From NCBI GenBank assembly GCA_003818505.1, contig RPRI01000025.1, positions 3,072 to 67,071 of the forward strand: a stretch of 64,000 bases of DNA, given 5' to 3'. The number at the start of each line of letters is the position of its first letter. Within the stretch, counting starts at the first letter, position 1. Below, piece by piece: positions 10,168 through 21,539 of this stretch. The notes below the pieces were generated by a model. That model saw only the letters and a list, made by a program, of their open reading frames with translations, was not told where the DNA came from and did no database searches. The stretch comes from Desulfobacteraceae bacterium (GTDB lineage: Bacteria; Desulfobacterota; Desulfobacteria; Desulfobacterales; RPRI01). The translations under genes and the position numbers were made by a program.

Positions 10168-13076
10168 AGCTGTCAAATCTCATAAATGCGGTTTTTTCGC
10201 CGGATCCTGACATCGGCTCGGTTCATTACAGGGCACAGGAAGTCAGGCCGGGAGGTCTTTTTGTCGCAATTCCGGGCCATGCAGCCGACGGCCACGACTT
10301 CGTCGACGAGGCTATAGCAAGGGGAGCTTCAGCCATAGTCGTACAAAAACCTATGAATAAAAATACCGTAATAATCGAGGCGGATAATACCCGGAAGGCA
10401 CTTGGCAGTATAGCTGCAAAATATTACGGAAATCCTTCTGCTAATCTTGCGTTAATCGGCATTACCGGAACAAACGGAAAAACAACCATAACATATCTGG
10501 TTGAAAGCATACTAACAGCCGCAGGTTTAAAAGCAGGCGTCATCGGTACAATCAATTACCGTTATTCGGGAAAATCTTTTCCAAACCCAGTAACAACACC
10601 CGAATCGCTCGATCTTCAGAGAATTCTTTCCGAAATGAAGAAAGAGGGCATAACCCATGTTGTAATGGAAGTCTCATCCCATGCCATTGACCTCTTCAGA
10701 ATCGAGAGCTGCTTTTTCGATGCGGCTGTTTTTACAAACCTTACCCAAGATCACCTTGATTATCATAAAGACATGGAGGCCTACTGGATATGCAAGAAAA
10801 AACTGTTCACCGATATGCTTTTTTCAGGACCTAAAAAGAAAAAGGCATTTGCGGTAATTAACTGCGATGATAATAAGGGAAAAGAACTTTCCGGCACTCT
10901 TAAAAAAAGATGCATAACAACCGGTTCATATACCGAATGCACAGTCTACAGCACCGACTTCATTCTTGGTTTGGAAGGAATAAAAGCCTTAATTTTGACT
11001 CCTCAGGGAGCTTTTGAAGTCAAATCAAATCTTGTGGGAAAGCACAATGTCGAAAACATCCTTTGTGCTGCCGGAGTTGCTTCAGGGTTCGGCATTTCTC
11101 CCGAAATAATAAAAAGAGGGATTGAATCGGTTTCCGTCATTCCGGGCCGGCTCGAAAGGATAAACAGCGGTTCAGATGTGTTTGTATATGTTGATTATGC
11201 CCATACTCCCGATGCCCTTAAAAACGTTCTTATATCTTTGAGGTCTATAACAAAAGGAAGACTTATATCCGTTTTCGGATGCGGCGGCGACAGAGACCGA
11301 ACAAAACGGCCCCTGATGGGTGAAATAGCCGCTACTCTTTCCGACCTTGCGGTTGTTACATCCGATAACCCAAGAACAGAAAATCCGCTGGAAATCATAA
11401 GCCAGATATCAGCCGGCATCAGCCAAAACAATTTGCACCGATATGAGACGGAAGAACTGACAACTTTTTTTAATAAACAGGGATATGTAGTAGAGCCTGA
11501 CCGGAAGAAAGCGATATATCTATCCATACAAACCGCTATGGATGGCGATACAGTGCTGATAGCCGGAAAGGGACATGAAACTTACCAGATAATCGGTAAG
11601 AACACCATACCATTTGATGACAGAGAGGAGGCAAAGCTTGCCGTTTCATTAGTGAATTCGGCAAAACTACCGTTTCCTTGGAAAAAGGAAGAAATAATTG
11701 AAGCAACAAAAGGTGTTGTTGTTTCCGGGGGCATAACCAGCCTATTTACCGGCATTTCAATTGACTCCAGAACAATATCTCCCGGTGAACTTTTTGTAGC
11801 AATAAAAGGGAATTCTCATGACGGCCATACTTTTGCCGGCGAGGTAATCGATAAGGGCATAAAAGGACTGATTGTCGGCAAGCAGCATATTGAGCGGCTT
11901 CCACGCGACAAATGGGAAAAGGCCGGTGTGCTTTGTATTGTGGCCGAAGATACAGTAAAAGCGCTGGGCGATCTTGCAGCTTATAACAGGAAAAGGGCTG
12001 GAGTTTTGGTTGTTGCAATAACCGGGTCAAATGGCAAGACATCCACAAGGCAGATGACAAGCGCAATTCTTTCCCGTCATTTTCATGTTCTTTCAACAAC
12101 GGGAAACCTGAACAATGAGATCGGCTTGCCACTGACCCTTCTTAAGCTGAGCCCGGTTCACAAATTGGCCGTTGTTGAGCTCGGTATGAATCATTCCGGC
12201 GAAATAGCGCAACTTGCCGGAATATGCAGGCCCGATATCGGCATAATAACAAATATCGGTCCGGCGCATCTTGAAGGATTAAATTCCATTGAAGGGGTAA
12301 TGAACGCGAAAGGAGAACTCCTTGAGGGTATAACGCCCGGAGGAACGGCAATTCTGAATGCCGATGACGAAAGAGTAATGCGTCTTGCTCAAAAAGCAAA
12401 AGGAAGCGTGATTCTCTTCGGACATTCAGAAAAAGCACTGGTGAGAGCCTTGTCGGTAGAGGCAAAGGGAACTTCGACTGCATTTATGCTCCGTCTTCCC
12501 AAAGAGTCAGTAATGGTTAATCTCCCTGTCCCGGGAAAATTTATGGTATCGAACGCCCTTGCAGCAGCTTCCGCCGGGTATATTGCCGGGCTGAATGCAT
12601 GCGATATCAAAGCAGGCCTGGAAAATTTCAGTCCTGTAAAGGGAAGGATGAATATATTTACAATGCAAAACGGAATCACCATCATTGACGATTCCTACAA
12701 TGCTAATCCAGGATCAATGGAAGCCGCCATAAAAACACTGGCCGGACTTAAGGGCAATAACCGTGGAATTATTGTGGCGGGTGATATGCTTGAACTGGGA
12801 ATCCACTCGGAAGATCTGCACCGCAAGGTAGGCAAACTTTCCGGAGAATCCGGCATTTACAGGCTTTATGCCACAGGAGAATTTTCCGGAAAGATTGCTG
12901 AAGGGGCTGTTGGAAGCGGCATGGCAACTTCAGCCGTCTGCACCGGATCACAAGAAGATATTATCAACGATCTTAAAAGCCGGCTTCAACCTGAAGACTG
13001 GATACTTGTCAAGGGTTCAAGGGGCATGAGAATGGAAAGGATCGTATTAAAACTTAAGGAATGGGCTGGAGAATAA
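10164..13076 (+). CDS. murEF: Bifunctional MurE-MurF fusion
   Basis: MurE half: GTNGKTT, DYAHTPD, DNPR, AGKGHE. MurF half: [33 protein letters not shown]. One 970-aa frame. Confidence 0.93.
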   Translation: MKLSNLINAVFSPDPDIGSVHYRAQEVRPGGLFVAIPGHAADGHDFVDEAIARGASAIVVQKPMNKNTVIIEADNTRKALGSIAAKYYGNPSANLALIGITGTNGKTTITYLVESILTAAGLKAGVIGTINYRYSGKSFPNPVTTPESLDLQRILSEMKKEGITHVVMEVSSHAIDLFRIESCFFDAAVFTNLTQDHLDYHKDMEAYWICKKKLFTDMLFSGPKKKKAFAVINCDDNKGKELSGTLKKRCITTGSYTECTVYSTDFILGLEGIKALILTPQGAFEVKSNLVGKHNVENILCAAGVASGFGISPEIIKRGIESVSVIPGRLERINSGSDVFVYVDYAHTPDALKNVLISLRSITKGRLISVFGCGGDRDRTKRPLMGEIAATLSDLAVVTSDNPRTENPLEIISQISAGISQNNLHRYETEELTTFFNKQGYVVEPDRKKAIYLSIQTAMDGDTVLIAGKGHETYQIIGKNTIPFDDREEAKLAVSLVNSAKLPFPWKKEEIIEATKGVVVSGGITSLFTGISIDSRTISPGELFVAIKGNSHDGHTFAGEVIDKGIKGLIVGKQHIERLPRDKWEKAGVLCIVAEDTVKALGDLAAYNRKRAGVLVVAITGSNGKTSTRQMTSAILSRHFHVLSTTGNLNNEIGLPLTLLKLSPVHKLAVVELGMNHSGEIAQLAGICRPDIGIITNIGPAHLEGLNSIEGVMNAKGELLEGITPGGTAILNADDERVMRLAQKAKGSVILFGHSEKALVRALSVEAKGTSTAFMLRLPKESVMVNLPVPGKFMVSNALAAASAGYIAGLNACDIKAGLENFSPVKGRMNIFTMQNGITIIDDSYNANPGSMEAAIKTLAGLKGNNRGIIVAGDMLELGIHSEDLHRKVGKLSGESGIYRLYATGEFSGKIAEGAVGSGMATSAVCTGSQEDIINDLKSRLQPEDWILVKGSRGMRMERIVLKLKEWAGE

Positions 13077-13080
13077 GGGA

Positions 13081-14160
13081 ATGCTTTACCATTTATTATA
13101 TCCGCTTCATACAACATTTTCTGTTTTTAATGTATTCAGATACATTACTTTCAGGACAATATATGCCGTTTTAACCGCATTTCTGATCTGTTTTCTTCTT
13201 GGGCCATGGGTTATACGCAGGCTTTCTAGTATGCAGGTCGGCCAGTACATAAGGGAAGACGGCCCTCAGGCACACCTAAAGAAAACCGGCACACCAACTA
13301 TGGGCGGAACCCTTATTGTTTTTTCAATCACAGTTTCAACTTTACTCTGGTGCAATCTCGCCAATTACTACATATGGGTACTGCTGCTTGTTATCACAGG
13401 ATACGGCGCCATTGGATTTGCGGATGATTACCTGAAGCAGGTCAAAAAACAGAACAAGGGCTTAAGTGCACTGCAAAAATTTACCATGCAGACCCTTCTC
13501 GCTCTCGGTGTGGGCACTTTGATTTATCTATGCCCTGATTTCCCAAGCACTCTGACATTCCCTTTTTTCAAGAAATTTTCACCCGATCTTGGTTTGTTTT
13601 ACATACTTTTCGCAGCAGTTGTTGTTGTTGGAACTTCAAATGCCGTTAATCTTACCGACGGTCTTGACGGCCTTGCCATAGGGCCTGCAATTATTACTGC
13701 GGGAACATACATGATCTTTGCTTATGTTACGGGACATGTCAAAATCGCAGAGTACCTCCAAATCAATTATGTGCCGGAAAGCGGCGAGATAACGGTATTC
13801 TGCGGAGCCCTTGCAGGAGCTGGTCTGGGCTTTCTCTGGTTCAATGCATATCCGGCACAGGTTTTTATGGGCGATGTAGGGTCATTGTCTCTGGGCGCTG
13901 TTATCGGGACGGTTGCGGTAATAACAAAACAGGAAATCCTACTTGTAATTGTCGGAGGTTTATTCGTAATCGAAGCCCTGTCGGTGATTTTTCAGGTGGG
14001 CTTCTTCAAAATGACAAAAGGGAAAAGGATATTCAGGATGGCTCCTCTTCATCACCATTTTGAACTGAAAGGATGGCCGGAGCCCAAAGTGATTGTAAGG
14101 TTCTGGATTATTGCGATTGCGCTTGCCCTTATTTCTTTAAGCACACTCAAATTGAGATAA
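13081..14160 (+). CDS. mraY: Phospho-MurNAc-pentapeptide transferase
   Basis: [35 protein letters not shown]. Confidence 0.97.
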   Translation: MLYHLLYPLHTTFSVFNVFRYITFRTIYAVLTAFLICFLLGPWVIRRLSSMQVGQYIREDGPQAHLKKTGTPTMGGTLIVFSITVSTLLWCNLANYYIWVLLLVITGYGAIGFADDYLKQVKKQNKGLSALQKFTMQTLLALGVGTLIYLCPDFPSTLTFPFFKKFSPDLGLFYILFAAVVVVGTSNAVNLTDGLDGLAIGPAIITAGTYMIFAYVTGHVKIAEYLQINYVPESGEITVFCGALAGAGLGFLWFNAYPAQVFMGDVGSLSLGAVIGTVAVITKQEILLVIVGGLFVIEALSVIFQVGFFKMTKGKRIFRMAPLHHHFELKGWPEPKVIVRFWIIAIALALISLSTLKLR

Positions 14161-14254
14161 AAAAAGGGTTCGAGGGGGCAAGGAGTCAAGGGAAAGATAG
14201 TGACCCGTGGATAGTAAATCGTGAATCGAATCACGAACAAAGGCGTAAGGGAAA
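14161..14254 (+). repeat. Composite repeat spacer (mraY-murD)
   Basis: GGTTCGAG/GGGGCAAG/GAGTCAAG, then ATAGTGA/ATCGTGA, TCACGAA, GGCGTAA. Confidence 0.85.
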
Positions 14255-15670
14255 ATGGAGATATCCGGTAAAAACGCAGTTGTAGTGGGTCTGGGAAAAA
14301 CAGGAGCATCGACAGCCGTTTTTTTGAAAAAAAGAGGCGCCCATGTCACGGTTTCGGATTCTTCAAAAGATAAAAATCTTGATGATGCGGCAAAAAAACT
14401 TCAGGCGGCCGGGATTAATGTTGAGCTTGGAACTCACAGCTCTTCATCATTTCTGAATGCCGATCTAGTTGTTTTAAGCCCGGGAGTGCCTCACACTCTT
14501 GAGCTTGTTATAAGGGCAAAGGAACTGGGAGCAATCGTAACGGGAGAGGTCGAGCTTGCATCAAGTTTCATTAAAGAGCCGATAGTTGCCGTAACCGGAA
14601 CAAACGGAAAGACCACGACAACAACTCTTATAGGCTATATGCTTGAGGAATCGGGTTTAAAGGTATTTGTCGGAGGCAATATCGGAAAACCCCTTATCGA
14701 TTATGTCGAGAGCGAGAGCAGAGCTGAGGTTGTAGTGGTCGAAATCAGCAGCTTTCAGCTCGACACAATAAAGAGATTCAGACCGAGGGTCGGTGTTCTG
14801 CTTAATATTACGGAAGATCATCTTGACCGCTATCCCGGATTTGACGCCTATATGAAGTCAAAGGCAAGGATCTTTGAAAACCAGAAAGGCAATGATGTCT
14901 CCATTTTTAATGCTTCCGACCATTATGTCCTGCAGGTAAGCGGGAACATAAAATGCGGCAAACTACCTTTTTTCAAAGATTCAGGCTCTCCGGGCTATGA
15001 AGAATATGCAATGATATCCGAGGATCGTATAATTTTTAATCTGAATAAAACCTATCGCTTCCTGGGTAATGAGGCAACTGATAAAACTCCTGACACCGGA
15101 ACCAGTTTCTCATTGCGCTTTTCGGAAACACATCTTCCCGGAATACATAACATGGAGAATATAGCAGCCGCGACCCTTGCGGCCTTTGCAGCAGGCGGAA
15201 ATACTATAGGGATCAGGCATGCCTTGAGAAAGTTCAAAGGTCTTCCTCACAGGATCGAGCTTGTTGCCGAAATCAATGAAGTGAAATATTACGACGATTC
15301 CAAAGCTACCACCGTTGATTCGGTTATCAAGGCGCTTGAGGTGTTCCGCAAGCCGGTTATTCTTATTATGGGGGGCAGGAACAAAGGTATTAATTTCAAC
15401 CTTCTGAAGGATGCAGTAAGTGAGCATGTAAAAAAACTGATTCTTCTCGGGGAGGCGAAGGAGGAGATAAAATCCGCAATAGGCGATATTGTTGAAGCAG
15501 TTTATGCAGGAACAATGGAAGATGCCGTGGATCTGGCGCACGATGCTGCAGCGGCTGGTGACATAGTGCTTTTATCCCCGGCCTGTACAAGTTTTGACAT
15601 GTTCACAAGTTATGCGCACAGAGGGGAAATCTTCTGCAAAGCCGTTGAAGAGTTGAAGAGAAACAGATGA
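14255..15670 (+). CDS. murD: UDP-MurNAc-L-Ala:D-Glu ligase
   Basis: GLGKTG, GTNGKTT, EISSFQL, DHLDRY, DDSKAT, LLSPAC. Confidence 0.96.
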   Translation: MEISGKNAVVVGLGKTGASTAVFLKKRGAHVTVSDSSKDKNLDDAAKKLQAAGINVELGTHSSSSFLNADLVVLSPGVPHTLELVIRAKELGAIVTGEVELASSFIKEPIVAVTGTNGKTTTTTLIGYMLEESGLKVFVGGNIGKPLIDYVESESRAEVVVVEISSFQLDTIKRFRPRVGVLLNITEDHLDRYPGFDAYMKSKARIFENQKGNDVSIFNASDHYVLQVSGNIKCGKLPFFKDSGSPGYEEYAMISEDRIIFNLNKTYRFLGNEATDKTPDTGTSFSLRFSETHLPGIHNMENIAAATLAAFAAGGNTIGIRHALRKFKGLPHRIELVAEINEVKYYDDSKATTVDSVIKALEVFRKPVILIMGGRNKGINFNLLKDAVSEHVKKLILLGEAKEEIKSAIGDIVEAVYAGTMEDAVDLAHDAAAAGDIVLLSPACTSFDMFTSYAHRGEIFCKAVEELKRNR

Positions 15671-16812
15671 TGAGACATGATAACAAGTTTTATATATCCG
15701 GAAATGAGCCAATGTATTATGACGTTAAGCTCATGTTCCCTGTTCTTCTGCTGACAGCAATAGGCATAATAATGGTGTACAGCGCCAGCTCTGTCCTTGC
15801 TTTCAAGAAATTCGGAACAGATTACTTCTTTTTGAAAAAGCAGGCTCTGTTTGCAATAGCCGGCCTGATTTTGCTGGTGGGTTTCAGGCATTTTCCATAC
15901 CGATATTTCAAGATATTGGCTTATCCCCTTCTCGTATTTTCGATCATTTTACTTGGAGCGATATTTATACCGGGGCTGGGATATTCTGCGGGAGGTTCCA
16001 CAAGATGGCTTAGTTTCGGAGGCTTTACGGTTCAGCCTTCCGAATTTGCCCGTCTTTCAATGATTATATACCTCTCATATTCGATTGACAAAAAAAGCGA
16101 TAACCTGTCAAATTTTTACATAGGCTTTCTGCCGCATGTCATTGTTCTTGGGATATTCACAGCTCTTATGTTTCTTCAGCCCGATTTTGGATCCGTCGTA
16201 ATACTATCCGCCATAACATGGTTCATGCTTTTTGTAGGAGGGGTAAGTCTTTTACATCTTGTTCTGTCTGTACTGCTGCTTCTTCCGTTTGGATATATTT
16301 ACATGGTCAGCGCGGAATACAGGGTAAAGAGACTGATGAGCTTCTGGGATCCATGGCAATATTCTGCCGACGAGGGATACCAGATAGTCCATTCCTTAAT
16401 GGCTTTCGGAACAGGCGGAATATGGGGAACCGGCATGGGGAAAAGCTACCAGAAGCTTCATTATCTCCCGGAACCCCATACAGATTTTATCTTTTCGGTT
16501 ATCGGGGAAGAACTCGGCCTTATCGGTGTTTTAACAATACTTTTCCTGTATGCTTTTATATTATGGCGTGGAATCAAAATTGCAAAAAATACAGATGACA
16601 ATTTCGGTGCCTTCTTGGCAACAGGCATTACGACCGCAATAGGCATACAGGTTTTTATCAACATGGGTGTTACGCTCGGTCTTTTACCGACAAAGGGGCT
16701 TACCCTTCCTTTTTTAAGCTATGGAGGAACATCGCTTCTTGTTAACATGGCGTCAATAGGGATACTCATGAATATAGGAAATTCGCAGGTTAAAACGGCA
16801 TATAACAGATGA
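15667..16812 (+). CDS. ftsW: SEDS peptidoglycan polymerase FtsW
   Basis: MVYSAS, QPSEF, QPDFG, LPEPHTDFIF, LPFLSYGG. Confidence 0.96.
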   Translation: MMRHDNKFYISGNEPMYYDVKLMFPVLLLTAIGIIMVYSASSVLAFKKFGTDYFFLKKQALFAIAGLILLVGFRHFPYRYFKILAYPLLVFSIILLGAIFIPGLGYSAGGSTRWLSFGGFTVQPSEFARLSMIIYLSYSIDKKSDNLSNFYIGFLPHVIVLGIFTALMFLQPDFGSVVILSAITWFMLFVGGVSLLHLVLSVLLLLPFGYIYMVSAEYRVKRLMSFWDPWQYSADEGYQIVHSLMAFGTGGIWGTGMGKSYQKLHYLPEPHTDFIFSVIGEELGLIGVLTILFLYAFILWRGIKIAKNTDDNFGAFLATGITTAIGIQVFINMGVTLGLLPTKGLTLPFLSYGGTSLLVNMASIGILMNIGNSQVKTAYNR

Positions 16813-16921
16813 AGGAAAAGGTCGTGAATCGTGGATAGTGAATCGTAAATCGAACGACGAACAACGACAAACGAACCACAAATTAGAGACTGGAAACTAA
16901 GAGAGGCATAGGCACAAAGAA
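16813..16921 (+). repeat. Composite repeat spacer (ftsW-murG)
   Basis: ATCGTGA-type x4, ACGAACA-type x3-4, ACTGGAA, GGCACAAAG. Confidence 0.85.
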
Positions 16922-18013
16922 ATGCGCGTGATAATTGCAGGAGGTGGTACAGGTGGCCATCTCTTTCCGGGAATTGCAATCGCAACAGAATTTATTGCAA
17001 AAAATTCTAAATGTAGCATTCTCTTTGTAGGAACAGCAAATCCTTTTGAAAAAACAACTGTCGGAAAGGCGGGATTTGATCACAAAAGCATCACGGCGGA
17101 AGGAATAAAAGGGCGTGGATTCTTTAAAAAGATGAGGTCTTTTATCATAATACCGAAAGGAATGTTTGAGTCTTTTAAAATAATAAAGAGCTTTAATCCG
17201 CATATTGTCGTCGGAGTGGGCGGCTATTCAGCAGGTCCGGTTATTCTCATGGCATGGTTGCTCGGTGTTAAAACAGCCCTTCATGAGCAGAATATTATCC
17301 CCGGAATCACAAACCGGATTCTCGCCCGCTTTGCAAACCGCATATACGTTTCGTTTGAAAGAACAAAACTGATGGCGGATTCAGGCAAAACAATTGTTGC
17401 AGGCAATCCTCTGAGAAGAGAAATTATCGATGCGGCAAAAGTGGAGACCATCACTGGTACCGGGGTTGAAAAGCCCTTTACCGTTCTGATCCTCGGTGGA
17501 AGCCAGGGAGCTCACAGCATTAATATGGTGATTGGTGAGACCCTGGCACATATAAAAGCGAAAGAGAAATATTTCTTCGTACATCAGACCGGCGCTTCCG
17601 ATGAAAAAAGTGTTGCCGGATTTTATAAGCAATACGGAATTCCCTGTATTGTAAAACCTTTTTTTGACGAAATGGCAAAGCTGTACACTCAGGCTGATTT
17701 GATAATATGCAGGGCCGGGGCGACCACCATAGCGGAAGTTACGGCCATAGGACGGGGAGTAATTTTTATTCCCTACCCTTTTGCGGCTGACGATCACCAG
17801 ACAAAAAATGCCCGTGCGCTTTCAGATGCAGGAGCAGCGGAAATTATCGCTGAAACTGATTTAAACGGCAAAATGCTTGCTGAAAGAATTGAATATTTTG
17901 CAGGACACACCGGGGAACTTTACAAAATGGCATCCGCGGCAAAAAAAATCAGCAGGCCCGATGCAGCTGAAATTATTGTGAACGACTGTTACAAAATAGT
18001 GAATGGTAAATAA
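16922..18013 (+). CDS. murG: Lipid II GlcNAc transferase
   Basis: GGGTGGH, HEQN, GGSQGA, RAGATT. Confidence 0.97.
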   Translation: MRVIIAGGGTGGHLFPGIAIATEFIAKNSKCSILFVGTANPFEKTTVGKAGFDHKSITAEGIKGRGFFKKMRSFIIIPKGMFESFKIIKSFNPHIVVGVGGYSAGPVILMAWLLGVKTALHEQNIIPGITNRILARFANRIYVSFERTKLMADSGKTIVAGNPLRREIIDAAKVETITGTGVEKPFTVLILGGSQGAHSINMVIGETLAHIKAKEKYFFVHQTGASDEKSVAGFYKQYGIPCIVKPFFDEMAKLYTQADLIICRAGATTIAEVTAIGRGVIFIPYPFAADDHQTKNARALSDAGAAEIIAETDLNGKMLAERIEYFAGHTGELYKMASAAKKISRPDAAEIIVNDCYKIVNGK

Positions 18014-18159
18014 AGGATTCGAGGGGCCAAGGATTCAAGGGTTCGAGCGGTAAAAAGCATAATATCGGGGCATAAACCATAAACCAATAGAGGCGAAAGC
18101 CGGAAACCGGAAACCATAGACCAGAGACCAGAAACTAACAGGGTCAAAGGCACAGAATC
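18014..18159 (+). repeat. Composite repeat spacer (murG-murC)
   Basis: GGATTCGA-type x4, ACCATAA/ACCGGAA/ACCAGAG 7-mers, GGCACAG. Confidence 0.85.
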
Positions 18160-19542
18160 ATGTATCAAAAAAAATACCACATACATTTTGTCGGAATCGG
18201 GGGAATAGGAATGAGCGGCATAGCCGAGCTTCTTCTTAATCTCGGCTATAAGGTTTCAGGCTCCGACGCTGCATCAACCGACATAACAGACCGTTTAAAA
18301 AATCTCGGTGGCACTGTATATAAAGGACATCACGGCAGCCAGATAGAAAGCGCCGATGTAGTTGTAATCTCTTCGGCAATCAGACCCGATAATCCGGAAA
18401 TTATAGCTGCTGCGCAGGCGTCTGTTCCTGTAATACCAAGAGCTGAAATGCTTGCCGAGCTAATGCGGTTGAAATACAGCATTGCGGTGGCCGGGGCTCA
18501 TGGGAAGACGACAACCACATCTCTTATAGCTTCGGTACTTGCAAAAGGGGGACTCGATCCTACGGTGGTTATAGGCGGCAAATTAAAGAGCGTAGGATCA
18601 AACGCCCTTTTGGGTCAGGGTAATTATATAGTGGCGGAGGCTGATGAAAGCGATGGTTCTTTCCTCAAATATTCTCCCGCCATAGCCGTTGTCACCAATA
18701 TTGACAGGGAGCATCTCGATTTCTACAGGGATATTGACGACATAAAAAATGCGTTTATCGAATTCATCGACAGAATACCTTTTTACGGCCTTGCGGTGCT
18801 CTGCCTGGATAACGAATTTGTTCAGGATATCATTCCGAAAATAAAAAAACGCTTCACCACTTATGGGATGAGCTCCCAGGCCGACCTTCATGCCAAAAAC
18901 ATTTCTATTGAAGGTCTTAAAAGCAGGTATAAAGTTTACCATCACGGAAAGACTCTGGGCGAAATCACACTGAATCTCCCTGGAATTCACAATGTATATA
19001 ATTCCATGGCCGGCATTGCAGTCGGCATGGAACTCGGCATACCCTTTGATGTCATAAAAAATGCGCTTGAAACTTTACAGGGAGTCCAGCGCAGACTCGA
19101 AATAAAGGGAGAGTCAAAAGGCATTACCATTGTTGATGATTACGGGCATCACCCGACTGAGATTAAAACGACGTTACAGGCTGCAAAAGAGAGCTGGCCG
19201 GACAGACGCATTGTAGTTGTCTTTCAACCGCACCGTTATACTAGGACAAAGGCGCTCTTTGATGATTTTACCCGCGCTTTTTATCAGTCCGATTACCTCC
19301 TAATTCTCCCGATATATTCAGCGGGAGAAAAAAAGATTGAAGGGGTAGATTCAGTTTCATTGTGTGAAGGAATTGCCTCCCACGGCCATAAGGAGGTCGC
19401 TTACGTTGAAGGGCACGAAAGTGCGGTAACATATCTAAAGCGCATATTAAGAAAAAACGATATCCTCCTGACACAGGGTGCAGGAGATGTATGGAAGATC
19501 GGTATGGCGGTTCTTGATTCTTTAGGAGCCGTTACGAAATAA
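18160..19542 (+). CDS. murC: UDP-MurNAc:L-Ala ligase
   Basis: GIGGIGMSG, GAHGKTTT, EADESD, DDYGHHPTE. Confidence 0.97.
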   Translation: MYQKKYHIHFVGIGGIGMSGIAELLLNLGYKVSGSDAASTDITDRLKNLGGTVYKGHHGSQIESADVVVISSAIRPDNPEIIAAAQASVPVIPRAEMLAELMRLKYSIAVAGAHGKTTTTSLIASVLAKGGLDPTVVIGGKLKSVGSNALLGQGNYIVAEADESDGSFLKYSPAIAVVTNIDREHLDFYRDIDDIKNAFIEFIDRIPFYGLAVLCLDNEFVQDIIPKIKKRFTTYGMSSQADLHAKNISIEGLKSRYKVYHHGKTLGEITLNLPGIHNVYNSMAGIAVGMELGIPFDVIKNALETLQGVQRRLEIKGESKGITIVDDYGHHPTEIKTTLQAAKESWPDRRIVVVFQPHRYTRTKALFDDFTRAFYQSDYLLILPIYSAGEKKIEGVDSVSLCEGIASHGHKEVAYVEGHESAVTYLKRILRKNDILLTQGAGDVWKIGMAVLDSLGAVTK

Positions 19543-19644
19543 TTATTACATTTTTTACCATTTTGTTACGGACACTTATACCGATCACAAAATTAAAACG
19601 TTGCGGTTATTCTTGCAACGGCTTGTTGAAACAGAAAAAAAGGA

Positions 19645-20610
19645 ATGCAAAAAAGAAAAATGCTGCTTGATCAGGATTCCAGAAACCAGCTTAAAAATCT
19701 TTTTAGAAGCCGTATTGGATTTGACGAGCCGATGTCAAGACACACTTATTTCAGGGTCGGCGGACCTGCCGAAGCGTTTATCGCACCTGAAAACATCAAA
19801 CAACTCGCGGAAATAATAAGCTGGTCGGGCAATAAAGGCATTCCGTATATTGTGATAGGAGATGGATCGAATCTGCTCGTAAAGGATAATGGAATACCGG
19901 GCATCGTTATTCTTCTCACAAAATGTTTAAATGGAATTATTTGTTCCGGGAAAGAAACGGAACCGGTTCTTGTTACGGCTATGGCAGGCGTAAAAACACA
20001 AACTCTATGCCGTTTCGCTATAGAGGAAGGGTTATCGGGGATGAACTTTGCGCTCGGAATCCCCGGAACAATCGGCGGAGCAATTATGATGAATGCAGGC
20101 ACATCGTACGGCTCAATATCGGATATTCTTAACTCGGTAAATGTCATGATATCCTCCGGTGCGATGTTGAAAATAACGAAGGATGATATGGCTTTTTCAT
20201 ACAGGAAATTCTCTTGGAATATAAGTCTGATGGTACGATGTAAAGGAGCGCCGATAATAATAGACGGCTGTTTTGTGCTCCGCCGGTCAGATCCGGCCCT
20301 GCTGAAAAAAGAGGCCGGGGAAATCCTGAAAAAGAGACGGGAGAATCAGCCGTCAGAAATGCCGAGCGCAGGATGCTTCTTTAAAAATCCTCCTGCAGGC
20401 AAAACAGCTGGACAGCTTATCGATATGGCCGGCCTTAAAGGCACAAGGATAGGAGGAGCGGAAATTTCGGCAAAACACGCCAATTTTATTGTAAACACAG
20501 GCAAAGCTTCGGCCTCCGATATACTTGGACTTATGCAACTGATACAGAAGAAAGTATCTGACAAATTCGATATTATTCTCGAACCGGAGGTTAAAATTGT
20601 TGGAATTTAG
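19645..20610 (+). CDS. murB: UDP-N-acetylenolpyruvoylglucosamine reductase
   Basis: GGPA, GSNLLV, IPGTIGG, MNAG, SAGCFFKNP, HANFIVN. Confidence 0.95.
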   Translation: MQKRKMLLDQDSRNQLKNLFRSRIGFDEPMSRHTYFRVGGPAEAFIAPENIKQLAEIISWSGNKGIPYIVIGDGSNLLVKDNGIPGIVILLTKCLNGIICSGKETEPVLVTAMAGVKTQTLCRFAIEEGLSGMNFALGIPGTIGGAIMMNAGTSYGSISDILNSVNVMISSGAMLKITKDDMAFSYRKFSWNISLMVRCKGAPIIIDGCFVLRRSDPALLKKEAGEILKKRRENQPSEMPSAGCFFKNPPAGKTAGQLIDMAGLKGTRIGGAEISAKHANFIVNTGKASASDILGLMQLIQKKVSDKFDIILEPEVKIVGI

Positions 20611-21511
20611 AACGAAGAAGAAAATTCACAGGAATAGATATTACAGGAAAAAGGACGCCGGCATCAAAGATCGGTTTCTCTTATATTTAAAGACGGTCCT
20701 TGCTGTCGCAATTATACCGGCTCTCAGCCTCTTATACATATTCGGATACGACTTCCTTACACAGTGCGATTATTTCAGTGCAAAAACTTTTGAGGTTGAA
20801 GGAAACAGAATCTTATCTGAAGAAGAAATAATAAAAGAGGCTGGAATAAATCCAGGGGATAATATTCTATCAGTCAATATATCAATGGTAAGAAAAAAAA
20901 TCCTGGCAAACCCATGGGTGGCTGAAGCCGAGGTCGGCAGAAAAATTCCTTCGGGAATAATAATAAAAATTGTAGAGCACAAATGCATCGCAGTTATCGA
21001 TCTTGGAAAAGAATTTTTACTCAATGAGAACTGGGAAATATTCAAAGAAAAAGTCGCTGCGGATCCGGGCGGAGTTCCGGTAATACAAGGCCTGACTTTT
21101 TCAGATGTAAATTTAAGCGGAGCGAGGCAAAGCACTGCGTTTAATGCTGTTATGAACGTATTAAAACTGGGACAAAAGCCCGAAAGCATTCTTCCCATCA
21201 ACGAGATTAGACTGATTCGTGTCGATAAGGAAATCGGCATCACAATTCACGCTTTCGATAAAATAAAAACCATCAAGCTTGGATACGACAACTATCAAGA
21301 TAAGTATGAAAGGCTGAAAAACGTTCTTCACTATGTTAAAAACGGCCCTGATTTTCCGGATTTTGAAACCGTGGATTTAAACAACAGCGTTAATCGCGTT
21401 GTTATAAGCCCGTTGAATAAACTGCCGTCGGATGAACCCGATGGTTTTGAAATTCAAGAGGTCCGGGAAACGGAAGATAAAGAGATTAAGGTGCAAAGAC
21501 GTAAGGCGTAA
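20597..21511 (+). CDS. ftsQ: Cell division protein FtsQ
   Basis: Basic N-terminus, TM, POTRA (EVEGN...NPWVAEAEV); before ftsA. Confidence 0.88.
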   Translation: MLEFRTKKKIHRNRYYRKKDAGIKDRFLLYLKTVLAVAIIPALSLLYIFGYDFLTQCDYFSAKTFEVEGNRILSEEEIIKEAGINPGDNILSVNISMVRKKILANPWVAEAEVGRKIPSGIIIKIVEHKCIAVIDLGKEFLLNENWEIFKEKVAADPGGVPVIQGLTFSDVNLSGARQSTAFNAVMNVLKLGQKPESILPINEIRLIRVDKEIGITIHAFDKIKTIKLGYDNYQDKYERLKNVLHYVKNGPDFPDFETVDLNNSVNRVVISPLNKLPSDEPDGFEIQEVRETEDKEIKVQRRKA

Positions 21512-21539
21512 ATTGAATATCAGGAGGCCGAGACGCTTG

